In this document: positions 11,990 to 23,764 of the stretch, piece after piece
Position numbering within the stretch: the first letter of the stretch is position 1
How the letters are laid out: each line of letters begins with the position of its first letter
Source of the DNA: Octopus bimaculoides
Lineage: Eukaryota
Reading direction: 5' to 3'
Assembly: GCF_001194135.2 (NCBI RefSeq)
Contig: NC_068998.1
Coordinates: forward strand, 25,722,430 to 25,759,120
Length of the DNA stretch: 36,691 nucleotides
Notes under the pieces: generated by a model
The model's input: only the letters and a program-made list of their open reading frames with translations
Databases searched by the model: none
Told to the model about the DNA's origin: nothing
Program-made: the position numbers and the translations under genes

Positions 11990-12660
11990 CCCAAAGTCGA
12001 ATAACTTTGGTATGTCCCAGGGTTCAGTTTTTTCTCCACTGTTTCTACATCATTGTCCTATATACCTCCTTTCACAAAACTATTCCGTCTTATGTTGATG
12101 ATACAGTCCTTTCTTTTTCTCACCCTCTACCCAATCATGCATAGCTCATAAGCAATGTATCACAGGACATCAGACCTGCACTGATTCCATAATGAAAGCC
12201 TTCTTATGCATGCTCAGATATGGCCCTAAGAATATTGTAGTACATACATACTCGCCCATACATACCTACACAGCTATAACCCGCCAAACACAACTACTAC
12301 TATAACTAGAGATATCAAGCACTAAATATTGGGTATCATTATCATCAACAGCCTAGCGAAAGTGAACCCTTAACACAACTAGGACCAAATCTCAAAGCCA
12401 TAGTTCTTCATAGCCAGAACATATTTTAGTCCTCAACACCAGAAGTGAAGGCCTTGCTGAATATTGCACCCATTTGTGATACGGTGCTGCCGCTAGAGAA
12501 ACTTATATCCTAGACAGCATCTAGAGGATAGATTGGCATTAAATCACAAACAGATAAGTTCCAATGCTAGAGTACAAGCATGCTAGCTCTCACCTCTCTT
12601 TGCATTTTCTATTATTATTATAAGGATTCCTGTTCCTGAAATTTGACTGGTCTTGCATCT
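11990..12660 (+). mobile_element. Highly decayed CR1/L2-group LINE reverse transcriptase remnant
   Basis: GMSQGSV (12009-12029, GVPQGS-like); IPSYVDDTVL (YADD-like at 12091); EYCTHL*YGA..LDSI (12459, EYCSHIW-like); FYYYYKDSCS (12607). Motifs are collinear across frameshifts. Confidence 0.7.
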
Positions 12661-14048
12661 TCTCAACTTGTCTCATTGCGGCTTATTTTGTTTAGAATGT
12701 CAGAGATACGAATATAAAACAAGCGAGAGATTCAATAATACAAGCTTCGTTTCAGCTCCAGATTATCAGGTGTAAAGATAAGTTAGCAAATCGTTTCATT
12801 TAAACTGAATACGTCAGGTACAATGATTTCAAATACATTTAAAGGGACAAAATACTTCTGTTGAAGAGGCAAATTAGTCGAAAGTTGTTACAGGCCGAAT
12901 TTTTCGCAGTTTTAAAGGGACAAAATACATATGTTAGAAAATGCAGGACATCTGCTCAATAGTGTAGCCATATATCTGAATGGAGTGGGTTAGTAGGATT
13001 CATAGTTAAGGGCAAGCTAACATGCTTCAGGGTATCGACCATAAAGTAATTTTCAGTCAAAATGAAATCAAAACAGTAATTACAAGAAATGCTAACAAAA
13101 TTTGTCATAAAAATCTAAGCGGAGAACGCTGAACATAAAAGTGATTAAAATTGAAATGAAGACATGGGGAGTGTGCGATCTTTTATAAGTATACGATCAA
13201 CTGGAGGCACGCTTCGGAGTTTTAGACTTCCCCAAATGATAGGCTACCACGTCCTTTCTAGATCATAAAACAATATTTAGATAACATCCTCCCCATCACC
13301 ACACATACACATACAAACACGCATACACACACACACATACATACACACCCAAAGAATCATACACGTGTACATGTAAATTTATTTACTGATAATGTAATTC
13401 AAAATAATGGGTTTGGAAAACTTCCCAAAAGTGCTTTCTACAGAATAAAATATAATAAAGTGCTCGATTATAACTTTAGTGTAGTGAGCGAAAACAACCT
13501 GTAATGAATGGAAATTAATTTATACCATAATCGGTTGATTCTAGATGTTTACACTATGCAGTTTTGGAACAGGAAGAAACATTAACCAGATATTTTTTAA
13601 TATGTGTGTGTGTGTGTGTATGTGTGTGTGTATGTGTGTGTGTGTGTGTGTGTCTGTGTCTGTGTCTGTGTCTGTGTGTGAGTGTGTGTATCTGTATATT
13701 GAGAGAGAGAGAGAGACAGAAAGAGAGACAGGCAGGTAGACAGACAGATTCATTAACCAGGTCAAAATAATTATATATTGACGTGTTTTATCCATGGCGT
13801 CAAGCTTTGGGAGAAATGCACACTCATACGTGTCCACACAAAAACACATTGTACGCTAAAATGAACATATATGCAACATCATTGCATCAGAGCAAATTCT
13901 GCTCATCATTTTACCGAAGTCTTCTACATTCCAGACATAATATCTGTTCCACAATATTTCCATTTCTGTAGTAATCCTCTCCAATTTAGATACGTTCTTT
14001 ATTCATTGTATTACTTCAAAAACATTTCTTCAACATTTTCAAATTCTT

Positions 14049-14130
14049 CTCAGAAATGAGAAAATTTGATATCTTCAGTGTTAATACAACTCAGAAATGA
14101 GAAAATTTGATATGTTCAGTGTTAATACAA
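14049..14130. repeat. 41-bp direct tandem duplication
   Basis: ctcagaaatgagaaaatttgatat(c/g)ttcagtgttaatacaa x2, one mismatch. Confidence 0.95.
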
Positions 14131-14503
14131 CTTTCCGTTTGTCTCGATATCAAAGAAATTGTGTTATCATATATAGTCTAACACATTGTCATGTGAAATA
14201 ATTTATATTTCAGCTAGCTACTGAATTTAGTTTACTCTTAATATGTTCCCAATTTACAAATATATGTTAAGCTCTATTTGTGTATTTTCAAGCTTAAAAG
14301 ATTTGCTTATCATTGGTGTACTTATACAGCGAAGATATATGTAAACTGACTCACAAACTACGCACGCATTTTTATATATGTAAACGTAAATAAATATACG
14401 TGTGTGTGCATGTGTATGTGTGTATATTTTTGTGTCTGTGTTTTCCCCCCATCATCGCTTGACAAGCTATATTGGTGTATTTACGTCCCCATAATTTAGT
14501 ATG

Positions 14504-14554
<51 letters not shown>

Positions 14555-16276
14555 GCAAATGCGCGTATATATACATATACACACGTCCCCACACACACAC
14601 ATATACGTGTAGTTTACTGTTTCTTTACCAGTGGGTTCAGCAGAAAAGTACTCATTCCAGTAAGTGATGAATATCATCTAATGTACACAATATTACAATA
14701 AGAGCTACAATATTTTCATGTCATGGAGACACAGTATTTCAATATATTTCTATAATTTGCATTGGGTCTCCAGGCGGTCTTTCTGGCCCACTGCACACAG
14801 TCAATTTTATGTAAAATTCAGCACGCTTGTATATAAAGTAACACGAGAAAAAAAAGAAAAGTTTGATCTTAAAAAGTAGAATTAGAAGACAAAGGGTGAA
14901 TATAAACGGAAAAAAAGAAAGGAAAGAATGGAAAGAAAGGAAAGAATGGAAAGAAAACCAAGCGCTGTCTCCCCTTTGTTAATAGAAAACATGATTAATT
15001 TAGATGGTGTAGGATAATTGAACGGCTGAATCTGGAAAGGTTTGTCACCTCCAGTTTCAAAAAAGAATATTGTCCATGTGCTTGCATTTGCTGAGAATCT
15101 CGGATCTGAAATAAGCTAGCATGATGGAACTCTTGGATCTAAAATTAATGCCCAATCTTTTAGCTACGCATCGCATGTGTTTCTTTGATTTATTTACATA
15201 TGGTTCTCGATTCTCCACTTGATTGTATATGGTACTGGCCAACTTGTTTCACTGATGTTGGTATAAAGAGAGATAGAGAATAGATTGAAAATGAAAGTGA
15301 ACAAAATATAATTGCAGAAATTATATATACTTTTTTATAGTTTTGTTTAGTAACTGGTTTAAACTAGTCGATCTAATTTAAGAATAACGTCAGTAATTTT
15401 GTCTATTTCTAACCACTGATTATCATACACCTAAAGGAACTTACATGGATCATTGCTTTGAAGTAGAAACTGCCTCAAATAAATAATCACATTGAACTCT
15501 TAGTAACCACGCTATATATTTAAACAATATTCATGTATCAAACAAATTTTGTCTACGATAGTTTGCTTGAAGATATAGATAAAGGACCAATGAAATGTTA
15601 ATCATGCACAATTAAGCCCTTTATTTCAGAAAGCCCTGCCTTACTGTTTAGCTACGCTGACTTCATCTACAACTTGATGAAGACGACGTCCAGGAAACTG
15701 ACTGCACATACGTTCATATCCCACAGCTTGATTACTAATACTAAGCAGTAAATTGATTTAAGAGCTTGAAGGAGAGTAATTTGCCTGACAAATAGCATTG
15801 TTACTATAAATTAATGGAATGGTTAACATTAATCTGAAAATACAGAAGCTAATTTAGAAACACGTTATCGTCCAAGTGCAATTAACCAGTGAATCCCTCG
15901 AATCATTTTCACTAGTGAAGGATAATTAATTTGTCTTTCATCGCTATAACAGCTGCACTCTTCTTCTTAGAACATGTTATTTGTGAGCGATCATTTCCTT
16001 TAATCTGCACTATACCTCAGCTAGCCCTTCTTCATCTTTGTTACGTATTGACATTAATATTCTATTAACAAACCGTTATCACTGCAGTCAACTCTAACCT
16101 GTTTTACCAAACTGCATTATCTCGCTTCTCTTTAAACATGTTATTTCCATTGGATCTTTACTTGACCACACATTCATTCCTCTAATCCTAATTCTACCAT
16201 TATATTTCCAACGAATATTTCCCTACATCTCTTCGATACAAGCACTTTTCTTTTCTTCTACAACGTAAGTTTACGT

Positions 16277-16343
<67 letters not shown>

Positions 16344-17234
16344 TTCTCTGCCCTCCTCTCCCTGTCTCTCTAGCAATCTATCAATTTATCACTTTCTCTC
16401 TATTAATCTATTCCCTCTTTGTGTCTTTCATTCTCTTATTTTCTTTCCTTCTCAATTACTAATTTCATTCATTCACATTTCCTTTCCTATTGTTATCTTC
16501 CATATTCCTCTGTCTATCAGCTCGTTTCTACTACAAATTGATGCATCCGTTCTATAGTGTAACGAAATTATATTCGCCTATCCCTCTAACTTGCTCATGC
16601 TGCTATAATCAGACAAAGCGTCTAACTAGCTAATATAATCATGAGGAACGCACCAGCAGTTTGTTCAGTAATGTAGAAAATATTGAAGTTGCACAAAGTT
16701 TTCCTTCGTCTAGAAAGTCAAACGGTGGCTGGGCACTAAACTGAACATTAGGGTTACGAGTTCTCCTATGTGGGTCGATTAAACGTTTCCATCGTTAAAA
16801 GCAGAAAACAAATAGATATTAGTTAAAAATAAGCAGAGTGAAATCATGTTTTATCGGTGTCTTCAGATCAAGATAAATATAATTCTCAGTTGGATATATA
16901 TACCCTCAAGTTTTAAAAAAATCATACACTTCTGCACGTACTTCTTGACTTTATATCTGAATAAAAGCTCATATGTGGTAATAAACTAGTTTCCAAATTA
17001 TTACTGCAATGTTTAAATCAAACGGTATAGTACAGCTTCAACTGAATTATATATGTATTCAATTATATAATGCAGGATATATTGCATCATGTAATTCATA
17101 TAAAATAATACACAATATGATTTTACCAAAGATTATCGATCGATACATGTAATATAAATTCAATTATATGAACCAGTAAAATACATTGTTTGCTTCAGAT
17201 AGACACACGTACACACACAAGTAAATATACACCT

Positions 17235-17269
<35 letters not shown>

Positions 17270-17309
17270 ATCTTTCTCTCTGTATACATACATACATATA
17301 TGCATACAT

Positions 17310-17351
<42 letters not shown>

Positions 17352-17567
17352 GTAAATATGTATATATATATATATACATTACTCAGCTTCGCAGTAATGA
17401 TAGTAACAGAAATAATACCACTTTTAATAAAAATAAGAAGCATATTAACTATAATAATTTTGGAAGCATATGAAAGACTACATAAATTATGGGTACAGCT
17501 ATGTTCCAACTAAAAGAAAAAAACAAAAATCGGAAATTTAATTGAAAACATGAATAATGCTAATATT

Positions 17568-17621
17568 AATAACAACAACAACAACGACGACAACAACAAC
17601 AACAACAACAGCAACAACAAC

Positions 17622-17691
<70 letters not shown>

Positions 17692-17846
17692 GTAATAATA
17701 ATAATAATAGTAATAGCAGCAATTATATTTGTAATAACAACCATAGCGATAATTTTGATAACTATTGTATTAGTACTAATCATAAAATTAAAAGTAATAT
17801 TAATGCTATAGATATCCATAATAATAATAATAATAATAATAATAAT
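17568..17846. repeat. Compound (AAC)n/(AAT)n microsatellite, partly degenerate
   Basis: Directly visible. The right-hand (AAT)n is the tail of the adjacent minus-strand SINE. Confidence 0.95.
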
Positions 17847-18052
17847 GGTTTCAAATTTTGGCACAACGCCAGCAATTTCGGGGTAGATGTAAGTCGATTA
17901 CACCGACTCCTGGTACCCATTTTTTTGAGACATCAAAAGGATGAAAAGCAAAATCGACCTCCGCGTAATTTGAACTCAGAACATAAAGAAAGACGAAATG
18001 TGGCTAAGCATTTGTCTCTGAAGTGCTAACGATTCTGCCCGCTCGCCACCTT
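17847..18052 (-). mobile_element. tRNA-derived SINE, near full length, with (ATT)n tail
   Basis: Reverse complement begins aaggtggcgagcgggcagaatcgttagcac, has the ctgagttcaaatt B box, and ends ggcgttgtgccaaaatttgaaacc(att)n. Confidence 0.9.
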
Positions 18053-20959
18053 AATATTTATTAATTTAGCTTTTTAAATCTGAGAGATGTTGCTTATAAA
18101 TTTCTATATCTTAGATATGCCAGTTCCAAATTGTCGACGCTCCTCCCAAACATCCGCTCTCACCCGCCCCAAATCTACCACCAGTCATGTCAACTAGCAG
18201 TCCGATCAAACAGCCTGTAGTAGTAGACACAATCCCGCTCTGTATTTAACACCGCAGTATCAGCAGTAGCTAAACTGACAGCCGTAAATCTGTCATCATT
18301 TGTTGTCTAAAGAAACCAGGGGAGACAATATTAGGACCCCTAGGCCTTAAAGTAATAGTATATGTATAGTAGTAATAGTTAAATTATAATAGTGAACAAG
18401 TAAATAAGATATGGATTATAGGATTATAGTAGTAATAGTGAAATTATAATAGTGACCAAGTAAATAATTACTGAGATTGATAATTATTCAGAAAGATTAA
18501 CAAGTGGTATTGTGAAACCGTAGATTCGTCGGCCACTAAACCAGCAACCCTACTAAGTTTGCTTGTTGAGGAGGGTGGATGTTCGACACCCTGCGGGATT
18601 AAAAGTAAAACCCAGCAAAGGACAGAGGAACTTAGAAAAATCAATAGCAATTCCGAAAACGGGTAGACAGAACTTGTGAGCCTTTGTTCGCAGTCTGTCT
18701 AGAAGGAGGAACACTCTGATTTAAAAACTGGGATAGATAGGACAGTGGTGACAACCTGTCAGTGTCCAACGGCTCCATGCTTGAGATGAAGGCGAATGAA
18801 CAGCGAATCGGGACTTAACTTCGGAGCAATATTTAGATGAAGATATGGCACCAACTGACGCTCACCTGTCTCCTAGTGAGAATCAGTATCATGGTCCCCA
18901 AAACACAGAAATGCGAAGGGAACAAGCCCAACCTGTGGGTGGTAAGAGCTCTGCAGTCTTGGTTGACATTCTTACTAGAGATGGTGTCTCGATGAGAATA
19001 CTGGTTGATGGCTAACCTTAAAACACATTCCTCAATATTGTCTACTACAAATGTATCAAAAAATAGTGTGAATGAGATTGGAACCAAAGATGAAAACCTT
19101 TCGCCCAGCTGGTGCCTTGTGGTTGGTTGAGTAGCGCAGGCCCGGTCGTCATCCAGAGGTTGCTTGTAAACAAAGCCGGAGGCAGAGATAAGGAGGAAAA
19201 CCGAACGGTAATTGAATGCTGGATCAGGAGTGAACTCAGCAGAAGGGGATTCCGACAACGAATGAAAGCAAAATGGAATGAGATAGGACTCCTCGAAACA
19301 AGTGGGCAACGGTTAGCCGACCAGGCAAGAGCAATTGGAGCAAAAGGGTGGTTAACGGATATGGAAATAGAAGTGATAAAAGGGAAAATAGAAAATAGTA
19401 ATTATAGTTCACCAACAGATAATGTGCCCAGTGAGAACAGAAAAATGAAAAGCAGAAGTGAAGAAGTACAGTAAAATATAAATGTAAATTCAATCTCAGC
19501 AAATGAAGCGGAAGTAATAGGAATAGATATATCACAAGAACACGTTGATGACCGACAAGATATAGTCGATATGAGAGAAGACCAGGATCAAGCAATCCCC
19601 GGCCGGAGGTATATTGATCGACGCAATCTCAAGGCTGAAACTAAAAAGATAGATTCGGTTCTTGGGCTATTCTCAGACTAGAAATATAACAGAAAATAAC
19701 AAGATTATTTGGGCTGTAGCTATGGTTGCTGCAGACAGATGAATTTGTGAGAAACAACGTAAGCTAAAAAGACATTTAGGACAAGTTGATAGATTGATAT
19801 AAGAGGGGAATTTCAGAACGAAGGCATAAGAATAATGCTGGAAAGAACATATAGAATAAGGGACAAAGGTTATGATGTGATATTGGAAGAATTGAAACAG
19901 AGTAGTAGCAATCAAAGCAAAACTAGAAAGATATGACAATAGAAAAGACAGTTCAAGCAAAACAGATTGGTTGAAGCAAATCAAAAGAAACTGTTTTAGG
20001 AGGTGGATGGTAACAATGATACCAGATGCAGAGCAAAACAAGGCATTCTGGAGAGGGATCTGGGACCAACCTCTAAAGCATAATGGAGAGGAGTGGCTGT
20101 ATGAAATCCTAGATAGATTAAAAAATATAGAAGTCCAAGAAGACAGAAAGATAACTACAGATATGATAAAAAGCAGGTAAGAAAATTCTCCCAAATTGGA
20201 AGAGCGGATGGGTTCCAAGGTTATTGGAGGAAGAAGCTGACAAGGCGGCTCCATGGACGGATAGCAAAACAGCTAGATGAGTGCTTGCAGGAAGGCGCAG
20301 TACCCAGCTGGATGACAGAGAGAAAGGCATTTTTGTGTGCGAAGGATCCCGAAAAGGGAAATGTATCCAACTTTAGACCAATAATGCCTTCCACTAATGT
20401 GGAAACTAATGTCAGGTGCTTTGGCCTGTGAACTGTACAGATACTTGGAAAAAGGTGGATTGATACCCATTGAACAGAAAGGGTGCTGAAAAAGGAACCG
20501 GGAAACGAAAGATCAACTCTTAATTGATAATCTAATTATCAGGAACTGCAGGAGAAGACATACAAACCTGGGTATGGCATGGGTTGACTCTCACAAAGTA
20601 TACGATATGATACCACACTCCAGGATAATAAGAACACTAGAAATGTATGGAGTAGCAAAGAATATAAGAGGCCTTATATGCAATGGCATGAAATGCTGGA
20701 GAACGGAATTGACAGCAGGGAAGCGAGTAACAGGAGAGGTGAAAATCCGGAGAGGTATCTTCCAGGAGAACAGTGTGTCCCCGATTATATTCGTAGTGGG
20801 AATTATCCACTTCAGTGAAATGCTTCAGAAAACAAAGTTAGGGTATGATCTGCAAAGAGATAAGGGAAAACCAAATGATTTGCTATTCATGGACGACCTG
20901 AAGCTAATCACAAAATCTGAGGCAGAACTGGACAGCCCAGTCCAGTCTGTCCGGATTTT

Positions 20960-20960
<1 letters not shown>

Positions 20961-21014
<54 letters not shown>
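20961..21014. repeat. (GA)27 microsatellite at an internal deletion of LINE copy 1
   Basis: Joins VQSVRIF directly to [12 protein letters not shown]. The equivalent interval in copy 3 spans about 460 nt (34443-34900). Confidence 0.85.
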
Positions 21015-21018
<4 letters not shown>

Positions 21019-21583
21019 TTAATGAGATACCTATACCAAAGTAAGGAATCCTTGCTAGTGACAGTTAGAAACGAGGGAGTATTGAGAGCATAAAAAAGGT
21101 AAGGCAAATGAAGAAGTACAAAAAGGACATGGAAAAAAAATTACTCAACAAGGGACTACACAAACAATTCCACATAGCCACAACAGAGGTTGCTGGAAAA
21201 ATAGGTGGGATTGGCTGATGAAAGGAAACCTAAAGAAGAGACGAGAGCACTATACTGACAGCGCAAGACCAAGCTTTGGCTACGAGATGGAAGGTCCACC
21301 TTGGGGATGAGCAAGTCTCTCCGCTGTGCTGCGTCTGCAATAGAATGGATCGAACCATTCACCAACGAATGCCCTAGACTTGCCCCAAACCACTAAAAGT
21401 CGTGGCAAAAGGACCAGGTAGCGAAAGTGCTACATTGGAAACTATGCGAAAAGTAGGGGCTAAATAGATGCAAGACGTGGTATGAAGACAAACCGCAGAA
21501 AGTGGCAGAGTCGGAGACTAGCAAAATCCTGTGGGATTCCCCAATCCAAACAGATCAGGTACTAGAGCACAACAGACCGGATA

Positions 21584-21858
21584 AGGCGGCGAGCTGGCAG
21601 AAACGTTAGCGCGCCGGGCGAAATGCTTAGCGGTATTTCGTCTGCTGTTACGTTCTGAGTTCAAATTCCGCCGAGTTCGACTTTACCTTTCANNNNNNNN
21701 NNGAGTTCAAATTCCGCCGAGTTCGACTTTACCTTTCATCCTTTCGGGGTCGATAAATTAAGTACCAGTTACGCACTGGGGTCGATGTAATCGACTTAAT
21801 CCCTTTGTTCTTGTTCGTCCCCTCTATGTTTAACCCCTTGTGGGCAATAAAGAAATAG
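21584..21858 (+). mobile_element. Young tRNA-derived SINE with a 14-bp TSD, inserted in the RLE domain of LINE copy 1
   Basis: A-box-like tggcagaaacgttag and B box gagttcaaattcc. TSD caacagaccggata at 21570-21583 and 21859-21872. Contains a 10-N gap. Confidence 0.95.
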
Positions 21859-22255
21859 CAACAGACCGGATATGGTGGCGGTGGTAAAGGTGCAACACAT
21901 ATGCTATATAGTTGATATTCAATGCCCCTTTGACCCAGGAATAGTCAAGAAGGAAAACGAAAAGATAGGCAGATACAATCCTCTTAGGAACGAAATAGCC
22001 CGAGTATGGAAAATGAAGAAGGTGAAGATAGTGCCAATTATTGTTTGGTTCTTTGGAACAATATCAGAATGTATCAAGAGGATTATAAAGAAAATTGGGA
22101 TAGAGTGTCGTGTAGAACCGTCACAAAAGGTTTGTCTATTTGTCACGGCCAGAATAATCAGGAAAGTATTAGCATGTAGGGTGCATGTAGTAAGCCCGCT
22201 ACGCATGCAAGGCTCCAGGAGCTCCAACAAACCTGTGATAAAGAGAAGAAAAAAA

Positions 22256-22257
<2 letters not shown>

Positions 22258-22342
<85 letters not shown>

Positions 22343-22354
22343 AAGAAGAAGAAG

Positions 22355-22400
<46 letters not shown>

Positions 22401-22413
22401 GCAGCAACAACAA
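22258..22413. repeat. Compound tail (TAA)19-(GAA)14-(CAA)~19
   Basis: Directly visible at the 3' end of LINE copy 1. Confidence 0.97.
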
Positions 22414-22424
22414 TTAACGGTTAC

Positions 22425-23432
22425 AAATGTTTGACATACATTTGATCTTCATGGATGATCAGAAATTATATGCAAAAGATCACTAGGACTGAAGGGGTTA
22501 CTAGGAACTATGAAAACAATGCTGTGATGACATCAATATGAAGTTTGGCCTTCACAAGTGTGCAAAGCTTCTTCGTTCAAACGTGATAAACTGTCAGCTA
22601 ATACCACAACACAACTTGATCATGATACACGAAGGAAAAGGGATTCAATACGGATCAATGAAAGGGAAGATTAAGAAAAGCGTGTCAGAATGGTCGTTGA
22701 TACTGAGCTGAACTCCCAGAATTGAATTTCAGCTATAAATCCGTTCGCAGTACAAATTGTCCAGTATAGCCTTAACGTCATCAAATGGAATCTGAGTGAT
22801 CTCCAACGTATCGACATAAAGACCAGGAAACTGCTGACACTAAACGGAATGCATCAAACTAAATCATACGTCCACAGGCTCTATCTTCTACGAAAGGAAA
22901 TCGGTAGAGGCCTAATCCAACTTCAAACCAGGCACGGGGCGTCAGTAATTACACAGGGTAAGCATTTGGTGAGCTTCATTTAGTAAAGCAGACAAAAAGA
23001 TAAGAGAAAAACAAAAGCGTGACTGAGCTGAAGGCAGATTCACTTCTGCCTTTATAGCACGTAAAGAAAGGGTATTGTAGGAGTGTACGCAGCACATGTA
23101 TTATGGCAGTACTATACGTAGCTTAAATATTGTGGTTGAAAAGCAGGGTCAAATTATGCCTATCTAATCTACAAGAAAATAAGTATTTTGCATTTTATGC
23201 ATAGTAATCAGAGTAACCTTCATAAGTTGCCATAAAAGGAAAATTTTGCTATCGATCTATTTTATTCAAGTTAGGCTCTGCCTACTTTGCTTACCTAGGC
23301 GACACATCCCTGCTTCAAACATCCTATAAAACGACCACGACAGGACTCCGAGTGTACATCCAAAGTAATGCCGACTGGATGATACAGCTGGTAAGACAAC
23401 ACGAACAGAGTAAGAAACTGCACTCAAACATA
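22425..23432 (+). mobile_element. R4/Dong-clade LINE internal fragment (copy 2), interrupted by a MITE
   Basis: HLIFMDDQKLYAK, DDINMKFGLHKCAK, AINPFAVQIVQYSLNVIKWNLSDLQRIDIKTRKLLT..MH......RLYLLRKEIGRGLIQLQT, resuming after the MITE as SYKTTTTGLRVYIQSNADWMIQLVRQHE. Confidence 0.88.
22929..23312. mobile_element. 384-bp non-autonomous hAT-like element (MITE) with an 8-bp TSD
   Basis: TSD cttcaaac at 22921-22928 and 23313-23320. Imperfect TIRs caggcacggggcgtc and cagggatgtgtcgcc (reverse complement), 10/15 identical. Removing the element restores the LINE frame QLQT|SYKTT. Confidence 0.8.
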
Positions 23433-23550
23433 ACATGGATTATATTGTAAACAATATTGATAATTATAATAAGAATAACATTACTAAGATTAGTGGCTTA
23501 CTTAGCATATTTACAATCATAATGATATTTATAATTATAGTCTTAATGTT

Positions 23551-23764
23551 AGTTGAAAATTTTGACACAAGTCCAGCATTTTCGAACAGGGCAAAATTTG
23601 ATTATCCTGACTGCAGTGCTTGACTGTTTCTTATTTTATCGACCCTAAAATGATGAAAGACAAAGCCGACCTCGTCGGAATTTAAATGGAGAAGGTAAAA
23701 GTGGACGAATTGCTGCGAAGCATTTTGCCTGGCATGCTAACGATTCTTCCAGCTCACCACCTTA
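23551..23764 (-). mobile_element. tRNA-derived SINE (diverged)
   Basis: Reverse complement begins aaggtggtgagctggaagaatcgttagcatgccaggcaaaatgcttcgcagc and is collinear with the other copies. Confidence 0.85.

Larger units (their letters stand above)
18500..22257 (+). mobile_element. R4/Dong-clade RLE non-LTR retrotransposon, near full length, decayed (copy 1)
   Basis: N-terminal block [25 protein letters not shown]...GWL (about 19190-19380). RT motifs [28 protein letters not shown] (20574), [11 protein letters not shown] and LFMDDLKL. Decayed CCHC knuckle (about 21325-21370). RLE LWD.PIQTD...RPD...DIQCPFD..K..K...Y; C-terminal TARIIRKVL; (TAA)n tail. The 5' boundary is approximate. Confidence 0.92.

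Noticed and set aside
15057-16260. Possible LINE C-terminal remnants on the minus strand (15057-15242 and about 15960-16260)
   Set aside because: Only a faint compositional resemblance; no diagnostic motif could be read.
21584-21680. tRNA gene
   Set aside because: The A and B boxes belong to the SINE head and continue into the SINE core and tail; no full cloverleaf is evident.
21657-21738. 36-bp duplication inside the young SINE
   Set aside because: The identical copies sit on either side of a 10-N gap, typical of an unmerged contig overlap.
22425-22928. Idea that copy 2 is the piece deleted from copy 1 and moved downstream
   Set aside because: Both carry their own divergent FMDD region ([11 protein letters not shown] versus IFMDDQKLYAK), so they are separate elements.
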